DNA from: an uncultured Chlorobium sp.
GTDB taxonomy: Bacteria > Bacteroidota > Chlorobiia > Chlorobiales > Chlorobiaceae
Reading direction: 5' to 3'
NCBI GenBank assembly: GCA_964451845.1
Contig: CAYVJF010000001.1
Span: 14,616 to 78,615, forward strand
Length of the DNA: 64,000 bases
How positions within the stretch are numbered: the first letter of the stretch is position 1; every line of letters starts with the position of its first letter. The notes under the pieces are model-generated. The model saw only the letters and a program-made list of their open reading frames with translations, had not been told where the DNA came from and did not search any database. The translations under genes were made by a program, and so were the position numbers. Of the stretch, positions 19,811-32,424 are shown piece after piece.

Positions 19811-20650
19811 ATGGTCTGGTTTAAACGGGCAAAGCCCTCCATACGTACAAAGGACAGACGGGATATTCCGGAAGGTCTCTGGCGAAAATGCGACAGTTGC
19901 GGGGCGGCTTTGCATAAAAAACAGGTTGAAGACTGCCTTTATACCTGTTGCGAATGCGGGTATCATTTCAGAATAGCACCCGGCGCATATTTTGATCTCC
20001 TTTTCGATGACGAGAAGTACGAAGGGTTCAGCGATGCATTACGCGCTGCCGATCCGCTGCTTTTTTCCGATACGAAGAAATATCCTGCCAGGGTTGCCGA
20101 CGCCATCGAAAAAAGCGGCAAGACCGAAGCGTGCCGCAATGCGTTCGGGATGGTCGGCGGGCGTCAGGTGGTGATTGCGGCCATGGATTTCGGCTTTATC
20201 GGCGGCTCGATGGGCTCAGTTGTCGGTGAAAAAATTGCCCAGGCTATCGACAAAAGCATTGAACTGAACGCACCGCTGATCATTATTTCCCAGTCGGGCG
20301 GCGCGCGGATGATGGAGGGCGCCTTCAGTCTTATGCAGATGGCCAAAACCTCCGCCCGGCTGTTCAGGCTCGCTGAAAAAAAGATTCCCTACATTTCACT
20401 CATGACCGACCCTACCATGGGTGGTACAAGCGCTTCCTACGCCATGCTGGGAGATGTGAATATCAGCGAACCGAAAGCGCTTATCGGTTTTGCGGGGCCG
20501 AGAGTGATCAAGGATACCATCAAGCGCGATCTGCCGGAAGGTTTTCAAAGGGCGGAATTTCTGCTCGAACACGGGTTTCTCGACATGATTGTGCACCGCC
20601 GGGATCTCAAAGGCCGTATTACACAGCTTCTCGATCATTTTGCCGCTTAA
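19811..20650 (+). CDS. accD: Acetyl-CoA carboxylase carboxyltransferase beta subunit
   Basis: CxxC...CxxC zinc finger, [33 protein letters not shown]. Confidence 0.96.
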   Translation: MVWFKRAKPSIRTKDRRDIPEGLWRKCDSCGAALHKKQVEDCLYTCCECGYHFRIAPGAYFDLLFDDEKYEGFSDALRAADPLLFSDTKKYPARVADAIEKSGKTEACRNAFGMVGGRQVVIAAMDFGFIGGSMGSVVGEKIAQAIDKSIELNAPLIIISQSGGARMMEGAFSLMQMAKTSARLFRLAEKKIPYISLMTDPTMGGTSASYAMLGDVNISEPKALIGFAGPRVIKDTIKRDLPEGFQRAEFLLEHGFLDMIVHRRDLKGRITQLLDHFAA

Positions 20651-20656
20651 TTAATT

Positions 20657-21313
20657 CTATGTCGAAGCCCACTCGAGCGCAGCGGCAGTCACCGGGAACT
20701 CCGCGATGAAAATCTCCCTGACAGCTTCGGCAATATCCCGATGCTCTTTCTGCGTTGCCGAATTCGTCCGCACCTCTATGTAGTGAATCCAGCTCCTCAC
20801 CGACCCCTTCATATAGAGCTTGGTCTGCGTGCCGAGCGGCAGCAGCATTCTTGCGCATTCCCTCGCAATGCCTTTTTCGAGGGCATCGTTGTACTTGTCG
20901 ACGCAAAGCGTCCGAATCTCTTCCTGCGCATCGGCAAACCAGTTCACCGTCGATGCATCGAGGTCATTGATCGAATGCTGGCGGTTTTTGCTGTCCTGTC
21001 TTCTCGGCGTGTAGGTTTCAAAATCCTGCACTTTTGCATACCGCTGCGAAAATTCCTGGAAAACAAAACTGCGGTGCCGCAGAATCTGCGGAGAAATCGC
21101 CCGGGAGGTGATGATCTCGACCGTCATATCGACCATTTCAAAAATGCTCCAGTGCCGGTTTTTGATGCAGTACGCAAGCAGCTTTTCGTAATCGAGGTTC
21201 TCCTGATGCGGGCTTGAAACCCTTGCACAGTAGGCAATGAGCCCTTCGGGGGTAAGTTTTTGATTGTGTATTTCGACAAGCGGGTTGGTGACGGCAATCA
21301 GGCGAACATGCAT
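20657..21313 (-). CDS. thyX: FAD-dependent thymidylate synthase
   Basis: [23 protein letters not shown] signature, RMLLP, QKEHR. Confidence 0.93.
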   Translation of the reverse strand: MHVRLIAVTNPLVEIHNQKLTPEGLIAYCARVSSPHQENLDYEKLLAYCIKNRHWSIFEMVDMTVEIITSRAISPQILRHRSFVFQEFSQRYAKVQDFETYTPRRQDSKNRQHSINDLDASTVNWFADAQEEIRTLCVDKYNDALEKGIARECARMLLPLGTQTKLYMKGSVRSWIHYIEVRTNSATQKEHRDIAEAVREIFIAEFPVTAAALEWAST

Positions 21314-21705
21314 GGTGAACGGTTGAAAAGATTGACAGAAGCAAATTCAACAGGAATACCCCTGCAACTCAATGTAGGAAAAAACGGTTTTTTTCGTGAA
21401 ATCAAGGCCACCTTGTTGTATTGTTTCTGCGGGAAGTTATCTTACAGGTTTTGATCCCTGATGTGCCTGCTGCTTGTTTTTCTGTAGCAAAAACGGGGGA
21501 ATGTTCCGGATTGTTAAAAGCATCGCAGCATCACTCAGATCATCAGTCAAGATATTTATTTTTAACTACTTGTTGAGATTCTTCCTGAAGCAGAAAAACC
21601 AATCCGTGAGCAGCCGGAACTGTTGTGTGCTCGCCGTGGTTTTTTCAGAGTGTCTATGCAGAAAAGGGATACTAGCAAACAGTAGATGAAACGGAGAGAG
21701 TCTAT

Positions 21706-22383
21706 ATGGCCAACGTTAATTTCGGGTTTGAACGCCAGGCAAAAAAAATGTACTCGAGCGCAATTGAACAGGGGATTACCGACAGCCTTGTTCCAATGGT
21801 GATAGAAACATCAGGCCGCGGTGAAAGAGCTTTTGATATTTTCTCACGACTCCTGAGGGAGCGTATTATTTTTATGGGAACTCCCATCGATGATCATGTG
21901 GCCAGCCTCTTGATGGCTCAGCTGCTTTTTCTTGAGTCGGAGGATCCTGAACGTGATATTTTTGTGTATATCAATTCGCCCGGCGGCAGTGTTTCCGCCG
22001 GTCTCGGCGTCTACGATACCATTCAGTATATCCGCTCGGAGGTTTCTACCGTCTGCGTGGGTATGGCGGCGAGCATGGGGGCTTTTCTGCTTGCCTGCGG
22101 AGCAAAAGGCAAGCGGGCGTCGCTGCCGCATTCCCGCATCATGATTCATCAGCCTTCGGGCGGAGTGCAGGGGCAGGAAACCGATATTCTGATACAGGCG
22201 CGGGAAATCGAAAAAATCCGCAAACTCCTCGAGGAAATTCTCGCATCGCATTCAGGTCAGAGTGTCGAGAAAATCCGGGAAGATTCCGAGCGGGATCGCT
22301 GGATGAACGCTAAAGAAGCAAAGGCGTACGGTCTTATCGATCATATTTATGATCGCCGTCCCGTTCCCAAAAAAGAAGAATAA
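21706..22383 (+). CDS. clpP: ATP-dependent Clp protease proteolytic subunit
   Basis: [25 protein letters not shown] (Ser), MIHQP (His), ERDRW (Asp). Confidence 0.96.
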   Translation: MANVNFGFERQAKKMYSSAIEQGITDSLVPMVIETSGRGERAFDIFSRLLRERIIFMGTPIDDHVASLLMAQLLFLESEDPERDIFVYINSPGGSVSAGLGVYDTIQYIRSEVSTVCVGMAASMGAFLLACGAKGKRASLPHSRIMIHQPSGGVQGQETDILIQAREIEKIRKLLEEILASHSGQSVEKIREDSERDRWMNAKEAKAYGLIDHIYDRRPVPKKEE

Positions 22384-22502
22384 ACAGAAAACGGCAAGAA
22401 TCGCGTTTCCGGAATCCGGGTATGGGTGTCTGTATCTACTCAGGATTCCTTTTCAAGCGTATTCTTGTTTTCCAAGATTGCTCACGGCATTGGTCATCAG
22501 TA

Positions 22503-25202
22503 ATGAGTGTAAGCCTCGAAAAAACGTATAACCATCATGATGTGGAGCGCCGCTGGAAGAGCGCCCACTGGGAGTCCGAAGGAATTTTCGAAGCGGAAAG
22601 CTTCAGGGTGCTTGACGAAGGCAAGAAACCCTATACGGTGCTCATGCCTCCCCCGAACGTTACTGGAAGCCTTACCCTCGGCCATGTTCTGAACCATACC
22701 TTACAGGATATTTTTATCCGGTACCAGAGAATGTCCGGCAAAGAAGCGCTCTGGCTTCCCGGCACAGATCATGCCGGTATCGCTACCCAGACGGTGGTGG
22801 AAAAAAAGCTTCGTGAAAAAGGGGTTTCGCGTTACGACCTCGGGCGCAAGGACTTTCTCGATCATGTCTGGAAGTGGAGGGAAGAATACGGCGGGCTGAT
22901 TCTCAAACAGCTTCGCACGCTCGGTATTTCCTGTGACTGGCGCCGCAATCTGTTTACCATGGACGAGCGTGCATCCAAGGCTGTTCGTCACACCTTCGCC
23001 ACCCTGTATCGTGACGGCCTGATATACCGCGGGAAACGCATTATCAACTGGTGTCCTGTTTCCCAGACAGCTCTTTCCGACGAAGAGGTGATCATGAAGC
23101 CGAGGAAAGACAAGCTTGTCTATGTTCGCTATCAGCTCGCCAAACGTCCGGGCGAGTTTATCACCATAGCGACCGTGAGGCCTGAAACCATTCTTGCCGA
23201 TGTCGCCATAGCGGTTAATCCCGATGATCCCCGCTACGCCAATCTGGCTGGAGAGCTTGCGATTGTGCCCGTTGCAGGCCGGCATGTGCCGATCATTGCC
23301 GACGAGTATGTCGATAAGGAGTTCGGCACGGGCGCGCTGAAAATAACGCCGGCTCATGATCCCAACGATTTCGAGGTTGCCGGACGCCATAACCTGCCGG
23401 TTCTTTGTGTGGTCGGGCGGGATGGCAAGATGATCGACGAGTTCGGTTATGCCGGGCTCGACCGTTTTGAGGCAAGGGAAAAAATCATCGATGAACTTGA
23501 AAAAAGAGGCAACCTTGTCAAGCAGGAAGAGTACGAACACAATGTCGGGTATTCGGAAAGGGCGGGCGTTGTTGTCGAACCCTATCTTTCCGAGCAGTGG
23601 TTTGTCAAGATGAAGCCGCTGGCCGAAAAAGCGCTACAGGTTGTGAACGAAGGCACAATACGTTTTCACCCCTCGCACTGGATCAATACCTATCGCCACT
23701 GGATGGAGAACATCCGGGACTGGTGCATATCGCGCCAGCTCTGGTGGGGGCACCGGATTCCGGCATGGTATGATGAGCAGGGGAAAATCTGGGTTGCCGA
23801 GTCCTATGAAGAAGCGTGTCATCTTGCCGGAACCGACAAGCTGCTTCAGGATGAAGATGTGCTGGACACCTGGTTTTCTTCCTGGCTCTGGCCGCTGACC
23901 ACACTGGGTTGGACAGGTGAGCACGATGACAATGACGACCTCCGGGCGTTTTATCCGACCGATACGCTGGTAACCGGTCCGGATATCATTTTCTTCTGGG
24001 TTGCCAGAATGATCATGGCGGGGCTGTATTTCAAGGGAGATGTGCCGTTCAGAGATGTTTATTTTACCAGCATTATCAGGGACATGAAAGGGCGGAAGCT
24101 TTCCAAATCCCTCGGCAACTCGCCGGATCCCCTGAAAGTGATGGAATCGTATGGAACCGATGCGCTTCGTTTCACCATTGTGTATATCGCGCCGCTCGGT
24201 CAGGATGTGCTGTTCGGCGAGGAGAAATGCGAGTTCGGCAGAAATTTCGCCACCAAAATCTGGAATGCATCGCGTCTGGTTTTCATGCAGCGTGAAAAAG
24301 TGTTCGGCGCCTCGGAGGAGTTCGATAAAGCGTACCCAGGTTTTGTGCCTGATGCCGCTGCGTTATCCGATGCAGAGCGCTGGATACTCGGGCGTTATCA
24401 CGGCATGCTCGATTCCTACCACAAGGCGTTTTCGCAATTCAGGATGAACGATATTACCAGAATCGTCTACGATTTTTTCCGCAGTGACTACTGTGACTGG
24501 TACCTTGAAACATTGAAAATCGAAATGGCAGGAGAGAGTGATGAGTCGAAAAGGCGGCATGCAGTTTCTCTTGCAGTTTATCTCCTTGAGGGGGTTCTGA
24601 AAGTGCTGCATCCAGTGATGCCTTTTATTACCGAAGAAATCTGGCATCACATTCTCGAACGCAAGAAGAGTGAAAGTATCGCGCGATCCGACATGCCTCA
24701 AGCGGAGGAGCGTTGGGTGAAGAGTGAGCAGGCGCGCTTTACCGCCGTGCAGAACGTTATTGCAGAAGCGCGCAGCCTCCGGGCGGTGTTCGGTGTTCCC
24801 CACGATATGCAGGCGCGTCTCGTTATCAATGCAGCGAACGAGTCTGCAAGGAGCGCCTTTGTCGCCAATACACAGATTATCGAGCAGATGACCGGCTGCG
24901 ATCTTGAACGAGCTGCAGGTGATGTGCAGCGCCCGCCTCATTCCGCGAGTTCCGTTGTCGATGGCAATGAACTTTTTATGCCTCTCGAGGGGTTAATTTC
25001 GTTTGATAAGGAGATTCGCCGGCTTGAAAAGGAACTGACCAATGTTTCCTCCTACGTACAACGAACAGAGAAAAAGCTTGCCAACAAAGGTTTTGTCGAG
25101 AACGCTCCCGATAAGGTCGTAGCGGGCGAAAAGAGAAAATTCGAGGAGGCAAAAAAGAATCTCGAGAAACTTCAGGCAAACCTCGAGGTGTTGTGTGACT
25201 GA
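22503..25202 (+). CDS. valS: Valine--tRNA ligase
   Basis: [41 protein letters not shown]-terminal coiled coil; start ATG 22503 preferred. Confidence 0.97.
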   Translation: MSVSLEKTYNHHDVERRWKSAHWESEGIFEAESFRVLDEGKKPYTVLMPPPNVTGSLTLGHVLNHTLQDIFIRYQRMSGKEALWLPGTDHAGIATQTVVEKKLREKGVSRYDLGRKDFLDHVWKWREEYGGLILKQLRTLGISCDWRRNLFTMDERASKAVRHTFATLYRDGLIYRGKRIINWCPVSQTALSDEEVIMKPRKDKLVYVRYQLAKRPGEFITIATVRPETILADVAIAVNPDDPRYANLAGELAIVPVAGRHVPIIADEYVDKEFGTGALKITPAHDPNDFEVAGRHNLPVLCVVGRDGKMIDEFGYAGLDRFEAREKIIDELEKRGNLVKQEEYEHNVGYSERAGVVVEPYLSEQWFVKMKPLAEKALQVVNEGTIRFHPSHWINTYRHWMENIRDWCISRQLWWGHRIPAWYDEQGKIWVAESYEEACHLAGTDKLLQDEDVLDTWFSSWLWPLTTLGWTGEHDDNDDLRAFYPTDTLVTGPDIIFFWVARMIMAGLYFKGDVPFRDVYFTSIIRDMKGRKLSKSLGNSPDPLKVMESYGTDALRFTIVYIAPLGQDVLFGEEKCEFGRNFATKIWNASRLVFMQREKVFGASEEFDKAYPGFVPDAAALSDAERWILGRYHGMLDSYHKAFSQFRMNDITRIVYDFFRSDYCDWYLETLKIEMAGESDESKRRHAVSLAVYLLEGVLKVLHPVMPFITEEIWHHILERKKSESIARSDMPQAEERWVKSEQARFTAVQNVIAEARSLRAVFGVPHDMQARLVINAANESARSAFVANTQIIEQMTGCDLERAAGDVQRPPHSASSVVDGNELFMPLEGLISFDKEIRRLEKELTNVSSYVQRTEKKLANKGFVENAPDKVVAGEKRKFEEAKKNLEKLQANLEVLCD

Positions 25203-25360
25203 AGAGTTCGTTGTTTTTCCTTTCTGCGCAGGTTCTGGCACGAGGCTTTTTTTTCGTAGCGGTAACATAGCGAGCGCACGGTGCGGCGAGGGCTGCGGTG
25301 CAGATCTGAATCCGGTTCGATATCCGAATAGAAAGTAATAAGCAAGAAGCAAGATGGAGA

Positions 25361-26269
25361 ATGTCAATGCGGCAACTGAAAATAAGTAAGCAGATTACCA
25401 ATCGCGAGAGTCTTTCTCTTGACCGCTATCTGCAAGAGATTGGAAAATACGAGCTTCTGACGGCAGAAGATGAGGTGAAGCTCACCAAGGCGATCAAGAA
25501 GGGCTACGACATGGCTGTCGATACGCCGGAATACAAGCGTGCAAAGCGCGCTCTCGACAAGCTTATCAAAGGCAATCTTCGTTTTGTTGTCTCTGTCGCC
25601 AAGCAGTACCAGAATCAGGGGTTGACACTCGGTGATCTTATCAACGAGGGGAATCTCGGTTTGATCAAGGCCGCCAAGCGTTTTGATGAAACCCGGGGAT
25701 TCAAGTTTATTTCCTATGCTGTCTGGTGGATTCGCCAATCCATTCTCCAGGCTCTTGCCGAGCAGTCGCGTATCGTGCGCCTTCCCCTCAACAGGGTCGG
25801 TACGCTGAACAAGATCAGCAAGGCGTACAGCCAGCTCGAGCAGGAATTTGAAAGGGACCCCAATACGAAGGAACTGGCGAATCTTCTCGATATGGAATCT
25901 CAGGATGTTGCCGATACGCTGAAAATCGCCGGGCGTCATGTTTCGGTGGATGCTCCGTTTGCGCAGGGCGACGATAACCGGCTGCTTGATGTTCTCCAGA
26001 ACGAGGGTCATAAGCCGGATCACGGTCTGACCCGCGACTCGCTGAATCTCGAAGTCGAGCGATCGCTTTCCGTGCTTGCGCAGCGTGAAGCCGATGTCAT
26101 TCGTTCCTATTTCGGCATCGGTATGGAGAATCCGCTCACCCTCGAGGAAATAGGCGAAAAATTCAAGCTGACACGGGAAAGAGTTCGCCAAATCAAGGAA
26201 AAGGCTATCAGAAGATTGCGCCAGTCTGCGTACAGCAATATTCTCAAGGAGTATATCGGAGGTCGTTAG
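25361..26269 (+). CDS. sigA: Group 1-type sigma70 factor (RpoD/SigA-like, no region 1.1)
   Basis: [53 protein letters not shown]. Confidence 0.85.
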   Translation: MSMRQLKISKQITNRESLSLDRYLQEIGKYELLTAEDEVKLTKAIKKGYDMAVDTPEYKRAKRALDKLIKGNLRFVVSVAKQYQNQGLTLGDLINEGNLGLIKAAKRFDETRGFKFISYAVWWIRQSILQALAEQSRIVRLPLNRVGTLNKISKAYSQLEQEFERDPNTKELANLLDMESQDVADTLKIAGRHVSVDAPFAQGDDNRLLDVLQNEGHKPDHGLTRDSLNLEVERSLSVLAQREADVIRSYFGIGMENPLTLEEIGEKFKLTRERVRQIKEKAIRRLRQSAYSNILKEYIGGR

Positions 26270-26299
26270 CGTATCCCCTGCTTTCCCGCCCACCTCATC

Positions 26300-27115
26300 T
26301 TATGATGCGCCGATAAGCAGCGTTACCCGGTCGCCGGCCTGTAATTCGAGTTCGCGGGCGCCATTGCCGTTGCGTACAGCGATTTCAACAAATCCGCCAC
26401 TTCCTTTGTAAGCAAGCGCCTGTCCTTCAGCAGCATCCCCGAAAGTGGAAAACATCGGGAGCGTACGGCCGTTTCCCAAGCGTATTTGCGCTGATCGGTC
26501 TCCTGCCATGACCATGTCGTTTGTGAACGAGGTGATCAAATTGCCGTAGACATCGCAATAAAGAATCTCTCCTTCCCAGCTTTTGCCGTCGTCGCAGGCG
26601 GTGTTCTCGGGAAGGTCGATCCTTTTGCACTCTTCCGGATCGAGCGCGTTGCCCAGGGCCGACGGTCGAAGACCGTTTGCCAGGTGTGCAGCCGCCGGTG
26701 AAAACAGGTCTCTGCCGTGAAATGTCGCACTTTGGTGCTCGAGCATGCAGGCGGGGTTTGTAATAGTGTAACAGGCCGCTATCTTTTGCTGTTTCATGAC
26801 AGAGGTCAGGAGACCGTTGTCGGGCGAAATAAACACCTGTTTTTCGGTGACAAGAGCGATGGCTTTTCGCGCTGTGCCCACTCCCGGATCGACAACCGCG
26901 ACAAAAATTGCGCCATCGGGGAAATAAGGAGCGGATGAACCGAGCAGGAGCGATCCTTGCAGGATATTTTGCGGGGAGATGCCGTGAGTCAGATCGATGA
27001 CCTGCGCTGCCGGTGAAATACCGGCGATTACTCCTTTCATAACGCCAATGTAGGTGTCTTGCAGACCGAAATCGGTCATGAGCACAATCAGGGGACGCTG
27101 CTTGCCAGAATTCAT
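26300..27115 (-). CDS. SAM hydrolase / SAM-dependent halogenase family (DUF62)
   Basis: LMTDFG, DLTH, VVDPGVG, PDNG, TFHGRD, DVYGNL, GNGA. Confidence 0.88.
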   Translation of the reverse strand: MNSGKQRPLIVLMTDFGLQDTYIGVMKGVIAGISPAAQVIDLTHGISPQNILQGSLLLGSSAPYFPDGAIFVAVVDPGVGTARKAIALVTEKQVFISPDNGLLTSVMKQQKIAACYTITNPACMLEHQSATFHGRDLFSPAAAHLANGLRPSALGNALDPEECKRIDLPENTACDDGKSWEGEILYCDVYGNLITSFTNDMVMAGDRSAQIRLGNGRTLPMFSTFGDAAEGQALAYKGSGGFVEIAVRNGNGARELELQAGDRVTLLIGAS

Positions 27116-28206
27116 GTATCCGCGATTTTATAAATGATGATTCCAACAACAAGAAAGAGGAGATTCGGCAGCCAGGAAGCGAGCACCGGGTTAAACTGTT
27201 CCATGTATCCGGCAGTGGTAACCGTTTTCTGAAAGCCGAGATAAAGAAGGCCTATAAAGAGGCTGATGCCAAACTCGAAGGCAAGCCCGCTCCGTTTTTG
27301 CCGGGAGGAAAGCGGGACGCCGATCAGGATCATCAGCAAGGGCGCGAAAGGCAGGGAGAGTTTGTTGTGAAAATTCACCACAATGCTGCCGAGATTCGAG
27401 AAACCGGCCTCCTGTTTTTCACGGATATAACGGTGTTGCTGAAAGATGGTCATTTCATTGGGTTGAATGCTGAGGTCGTTGAGTGATGAAGCGCTGAGCG
27501 AAAGCTTCAGGGTGTCGGTTCCCGGATTGCTGCTGTAAACGAGAACGCCGTCACGAAAAACGCGTGTTGTGGTGTCGTGCAGAATCCATCGGTCGAGTGA
27601 CGGGTTATAGGATATTTCCTTGGCGTCTATTCTCCGGACGACCGAAGCGCCGTCGAATGTTTCGAGGGAGACGGTGTACCCTGTGGTTGTGTGCGGATCG
27701 AGCCGCCCGATGGAAAGAATTCTGTTCTGTGATTCAAGAACATGGAGGTTATCATTTTCAGCAATGCCCTTGTTAATGGTGTCGAAATATTTGCCGAAAT
27801 TTTCCATTTCGAACCTGTTTTTCAAGGCGGTGGTTTTCGGCGCAAACCACCCGGCGTCCAGGATATTGAAGAGTGATATCAGGAATGCCACGGCGAAAAA
27901 CGGCTTGAGCAGGTCGCGCAAGCCTGCTCCGGCTGATTTCATCGCTGACAGCTCGCTTGAACCCGACATTCGGCCGGTCACGTAAAAGGATGCAAGAAGG
28001 GTGCTTAACGGTGACGTGAGCACCAGGGTTTCGGGGGTAAGATTCAGGTAGTACAGAACTATCTGACCGGTTTCTACTCCCTTGTCGAGAAACCGGTCCA
28101 GCTTTTCAATGAGATTGACAAGAACAAAGAGCGAGGTAAAACTTATCGAAGCAAAGACATAGGTTAAAAAAAACTGACGGGCGATGTATTTATCCAGGAG
28201 TTTCAT
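27112..28206 (-). CDS. LptF/LptG family LPS export permease
   Basis: Three N-terminal TM helices, SELSAMKSAG, periplasmic domain, three C-terminal TM helices with ASWLPN. Confidence 0.88.
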   Translation of the reverse strand: MKLLDKYIARQFFLTYVFASISFTSLFVLVNLIEKLDRFLDKGVETGQIVLYYLNLTPETLVLTSPLSTLLASFYVTGRMSGSSELSAMKSAGAGLRDLLKPFFAVAFLISLFNILDAGWFAPKTTALKNRFEMENFGKYFDTINKGIAENDNLHVLESQNRILSIGRLDPHTTTGYTVSLETFDGASVVRRIDAKEISYNPSLDRWILHDTTTRVFRDGVLVYSSNPGTDTLKLSLSASSLNDLSIQPNEMTIFQQHRYIREKQEAGFSNLGSIVVNFHNKLSLPFAPLLMILIGVPLSSRQKRSGLAFEFGISLFIGLLYLGFQKTVTTAGYMEQFNPVLASWLPNLLFLVVGIIIYKIADT

Positions 28207-28207
28207 C

Positions 28208-29119
28208 TCATTGGCCTATCAGCACCGACGCGCCTTTGCTGTCCCCCATAATGATGACTTTGGAGTTGTTCGACTGGACAAGTTTTTGCAGCGCTTTTAT
28301 CTGTTCATATCTCAGCAGCTTGTCATTCAGTGAGCGGGTAAGCTCCTGTTGATAATCGGCAATACCTTTTGCCTCGACCCGCTTTCTTTCGGCTTCCTGG
28401 GTCTCTTTCTGCAGTACGAACTGCATTTTCTGCGCTTCCTGTTCCGCGTTGATTTTCGCTTCGATTGCAGCTTTTACGGACTGGGGAAGAGAGATGTTGC
28501 GAACAAGCAGGTTCTCGAGTATGAGGCCGCGTTTTTCAAAATCGGCTTTAATGCTGTCAAAAATGTTTGTCTGAAATTCTTCACGCTGCTTCGAATAAAG
28601 ATCGACAGCATTATAGATTACTGCATTGTCCCTGATGCGTGTTCTGGCGGTCGGACGAACGATTTTGTCGATATAGGAAAGGCCGGGTCCTATCTCGCTG
28701 CGTATTTCGGGAGCCTGGGTGGGGTTGATGCGATACAGCACGGTCATGTCGATGGTGACCTCGAGACCGTCGGCGCTGAGCACCCTGATCGGCGCATCGC
28801 TTAGCTGCGACACTTCGGTTTCCGTGCCGGACATGGTATAAGTCTGGGTCGTGATATCGAATAACTCCACCTTGACAAGCGGATTGATGAGGTTGAGCCC
28901 GCTGGAAAGCACTTTATCCTGCACTTCCCCGAACAGAACCATCACGCCGACCTTGCCGGGTTCGATAACCCTGACGCTTGCGGTCAGAAGGCCGAGGAGT
29001 ATCGTGAAAATGCCCCCTATTTTAAACAGCCCGGAAAACCGTGTCAGGGAAGGATTAAGGGATCGGGCGGTGAATCCGATAAACAAAAGAACGATGCCAA
29101 GAAATAACAGTGATGTCAT
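28208..29119 (-). CDS. SPFH/prohibitin (band 7) family membrane protein
   Basis: Two N-terminal TM segments, SADGLEV, VRNISLP, AIEAKINAEQEAQKMQF...KQETQEAERKRVEAKG. Confidence 0.9.
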   Translation of the reverse strand: MTSLLFLGIVLLFIGFTARSLNPSLTRFSGLFKIGGIFTILLGLLTASVRVIEPGKVGVMVLFGEVQDKVLSSGLNLINPLVKVELFDITTQTYTMSGTETEVSQLSDAPIRVLSADGLEVTIDMTVLYRINPTQAPEIRSEIGPGLSYIDKIVRPTARTRIRDNAVIYNAVDLYSKQREEFQTNIFDSIKADFEKRGLILENLLVRNISLPQSVKAAIEAKINAEQEAQKMQFVLQKETQEAERKRVEAKGIADYQQELTRSLNDKLLRYEQIKALQKLVQSNNSKVIIMGDSKGASVLIGQ

Positions 29120-29295
29120 GATCGAAAAGTGGTTTGTTGCTCTGATGAGTTGCTTGCAGAGCCGGTTTGCATCCCCAAAAAAGGTTTTGAATCGATTGCT
29201 GTATAATAATATTTTTTTGCTTCAGCTTGAAACCACTTCCTTTTCCGGGAAAGGTTCTTCAGCCAGCACGAGCTTCCATGCTTCCGCGTTCCGAA

Positions 29296-32238
29296 TTAGT
29301 AGCCGAAGAGTTCATCCAGCGTCAATGGTGTAACAGGGCCTATCTTTTTCAGGGTTTCCATGTCGAGTTTTTCCTTGTTGCCCAGCACCAGCAAGGAGTA
29401 GTGCTTGTTTGCAAAATGTTCACGGTGGAATGCAGCGATATCCTCAAAATCGAAGCGGTCGATATTTTCATAAATATCTTTGCGGATATCATGGCCGAGT
29501 CCCAGTTTTGCAGCTTCTTCCCGTGTGAAAAGTATTTTGGTTTTGTTCAAACGCTCGGTGCGTATTTTTCTCTGAATTCCCTCCTTGGCCGTTCGGAAAA
29601 GCTCGGGTGATTCAGGAAGGTGTTCGAAAAGCTCGGCAATTCCCGAGAGCGCTTCGGGGAGTTTATCGGATTGTGTACCGATATAGGTGAAAAGATATGA
29701 ATGATCCTCCTTGTCTTTCGGCAGTCGATAGATGGAAAACACCGAATAGGCAAGCGCCTTGGCTTCACGAAGTTCCTGAAAAACAACCGACGACATGCCT
29801 CCGCCATAATACTCGTTGAACAGCGTGACCAGCGGAACATCATCCGGATTATAGCGTTTGTCTCTGGCAAGCATCAGCAGTTCCGCCTGTGTCATATCGT
29901 AGTCGACAACATAGACGCGGTTTTCCTGCTGGGCGATCTCCATGAAAGGAGGAGCGGCGGGAACGGGATGACGCGCTTCTTCGATATGAGGCAGCTTGCC
30001 GAAGAGTGTTGACAATTCTCCGGTTTCAGCAGGCCCGTAATACAAAACCCTGTGCCGGTAGTGTATCAGCGTATCGATTTCCGAAAGCAGGGCTTCCGAT
30101 GTGACGTTCTTCAGCGCCTCGTTATCGAGCACGTTGGTGAAGGGCGAAGACGCGCCGTACCTGCCGTAATGATACATCGCCTCGAAAAGAATCTTTCGCT
30201 TCGACAGCTTGTCGTCCGCGCGTTCTTTCAGGATGCCGGCTTTGAGCTTTTCAAGCGCCTCGGTGTTGGGCCGGGCGTCGGTGAGCAGTTTTTCAAGCAT
30301 CTGAAGGGCTTCAGGAAAATGTTCCTGGAGGCCGGAGAGCTTGAGGTAAAGATGGTCGTCCGATGTATAGGCGGAGAAGCTGGCGCCTATTTTGTACATT
30401 TCCTGGCTGAATGCAACGGGTGACAGGGTCGAAGTGCCGAGATAGCCGAGATAGTCCAGCGCCAGATCGATTGTTTTTGAGTGGTTGCTGCCGATATCGA
30501 AAACATAGTAGAGCGAGAACAGATTGTTTTCTGTGTTTTTTACTGCATAGAGTGGGATATGCGGCGTAATGTTTTGCGACTGGATATCCCGTTGGAAATC
30601 CAGAAAAACAGGGGCGATCTCTTCTGTTTTACGGGACAGGATATTTTTTGCAAAGGGCGAAGTGCTGGTGCGATTCACCTTGAGAGGGGTGATCGGCGGC
30701 TTTTTGATCTTGGGCTTTTCCGCGTCTTTGCCGTGTTCCTTGTAAACCGCGACATAGTTCTCACCATAGTGCCGCCTTGCAAAAGCGGTAAGTTCCTCTT
30801 TTGTGATACGGCGTAACCGGTCGATTCTTTCGGTAACCTGTTCCCAGTCCAGACCTAAAACAAAAGCATCGACAAATGTTTCTGTGCGCCCCCTGTTGGT
30901 TTCACAGGTTTTCAGCTCCTCGATCTTCAAGTCGTTGATAACCGCTTCGAGCAGCCAGTCGGGATAGTCTCCCTCCTTCAACTTTTCTATCTGCCCGAGC
31001 AACAGCGTCCGGATTTCGTCAAGACTCTGGCCTTCACGCGGTTTTGCGCTCAGAATATGCGTTGCGTAATCTTTCATCTCCACAATCATCGAACCGGCTT
31101 CGAGCACGCGCTGCTCCTGATTGAGATCGAGGTCGATCAGTCCGGCGGTTTGATTGTAGAGTATTTTATCGATGAGGGTAAGATAGTCCATGTCTTTCGA
31201 TCCTGCGCCTTTGAACCGGAACCCCAGAACCAGTTCTTCTGCTTCCGGCCCTTTGACGCTGAGCATAACCGGCTCGGTGATCGGTTCTTCTGCGGGCGGA
31301 ATAAATTCCGGAATGTCTCCCGGCTTCAGGATCGAGAACTTTTCATCGATGAGCCTGATCGCTTCATCGGGATCGAAGTCACCCGCAAGACAGATCGCCA
31401 TATTATTCGGCACATACCATGTCCGGTAGTACTCGATAACGTTTTTTATCGAAGGGTTTTTCAGGTGCTCCGCTTCGCCGATGGTTGTCTGCGTGCCGTA
31501 GGAGTGCTTTTTGAACAGGCCGCCAAAAAGATTTTCCCAGATTTTACGGCTGTCGCTGTCCATCGTCATATTTTTTTCTTCATAGACGGTTTCAAGCTCG
31601 GTATGGAAAAGCCGCATGACCGGGTTGCGGAATCGTTCGGCTTCGATTGATAGCCATTTTTCAAACTGGTTCGACGGGATGTCGTTCAGATAAACGGTTT
31701 GCTCCACCCAGGTGTAAGCGTTTGTTCCCCGCGCCCCGATCGAGCTGAGCAGCTTGTCGTACTCGTTCGGGACAGTGAACTGGGCGGCGAAATTCGAGGT
31801 GCTGTCTATCTGGCGGTAAATGTCCTTTCTCTCGTCGGGGTCATCGGTCGTCCGGTACTGTTCATACAGATCGATGATCTTTTGCAGCTCGGCTTTTTCC
31901 CGCTCGTAATCGAGCGCCCCGATGGAGTCCGTACCCTTGAACAGCATATGCTCGAGATAATGCGCCAGGCCGGTTGTTTCGGCAGGGTCGTTTTTGCTGC
32001 CCGCTCTGACGGCAATTGATGTGTATATCCTGGGTTCATTCTTTTGAGGACTCATATAGACGGTAAGACCGTTTTCAAGCGTATAGATTCTCGTATGGAG
32101 CGGATCGTCCGGCAGGGAGAGGTAAGAGTACTGTTTTTCAGGCTGCATAACGTTGCATGATGATAAATGAAAAAAAATAATTCCGGCTGTGCAGATGGCA
32201 ATCAGGGAGGAAAAAGAGCGTTTCTTCACGAGATGCAT
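29296..32238 (-). CDS. M16 family zinc metallopeptidase (exported/lipoprotein)
   Basis: Inverted zincin [26 protein letters not shown]; lipoprotein-like LSSC. Confidence 0.9.
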   Translation of the reverse strand: MHLVKKRSFSSLIAICTAGIIFFHLSSCNVMQPEKQYSYLSLPDDPLHTRIYTLENGLTVYMSPQKNEPRIYTSIAVRAGSKNDPAETTGLAHYLEHMLFKGTDSIGALDYEREKAELQKIIDLYEQYRTTDDPDERKDIYRQIDSTSNFAAQFTVPNEYDKLLSSIGARGTNAYTWVEQTVYLNDIPSNQFEKWLSIEAERFRNPVMRLFHTELETVYEEKNMTMDSDSRKIWENLFGGLFKKHSYGTQTTIGEAEHLKNPSIKNVIEYYRTWYVPNNMAICLAGDFDPDEAIRLIDEKFSILKPGDIPEFIPPAEEPITEPVMLSVKGPEAEELVLGFRFKGAGSKDMDYLTLIDKILYNQTAGLIDLDLNQEQRVLEAGSMIVEMKDYATHILSAKPREGQSLDEIRTLLLGQIEKLKEGDYPDWLLEAVINDLKIEELKTCETNRGRTETFVDAFVLGLDWEQVTERIDRLRRITKEELTAFARRHYGENYVAVYKEHGKDAEKPKIKKPPITPLKVNRTSTSPFAKNILSRKTEEIAPVFLDFQRDIQSQNITPHIPLYAVKNTENNLFSLYYVFDIGSNHSKTIDLALDYLGYLGTSTLSPVAFSQEMYKIGASFSAYTSDDHLYLKLSGLQEHFPEALQMLEKLLTDARPNTEALEKLKAGILKERADDKLSKRKILFEAMYHYGRYGASSPFTNVLDNEALKNVTSEALLSEIDTLIHYRHRVLYYGPAETGELSTLFGKLPHIEEARHPVPAAPPFMEIAQQENRVYVVDYDMTQAELLMLARDKRYNPDDVPLVTLFNEYYGGGMSSVVFQELREAKALAYSVFSIYRLPKDKEDHSYLFTYIGTQSDKLPEALSGIAELFEHLPESPELFRTAKEGIQRKIRTERLNKTKILFTREEAAKLGLGHDIRKDIYENIDRFDFEDIAAFHREHFANKHYSLLVLGNKEKLDMETLKKIGPVTPLTLDELFGY

Positions 32239-32424
32239 GATCTTGGTAGCCTGTCTTGTAATGCGTAAAAGCTCAGGAAGTGACCTTCATGGTACAATCT
32301 GAAAAAAGAACTAACAAATTATAAAAATAGTTTAATACGAATAGTTTAATACGTTTTGATACGTTGTATTCATTGAGGTGCTATCCATTGAAACCGGTTC
32401 GGTTTACCTGCCGGGTGGATTTGA

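Noticed and set aside
21314-21705. thyX-clpP spacer as a CIRCE site or sRNA
   Set aside because: No TTAGCACTC-N9-GAGTGCTAA and no convincing stable structure or ORF.
25364-26293. 309-aa minus-strand ORF fully overlapping the sigma factor gene
   Set aside because: Typical antisense open frame caused by codon bias in a conserved gene; the same applies to 33032-34039, 34821-35864, 50480-51592 and 53874-55019.
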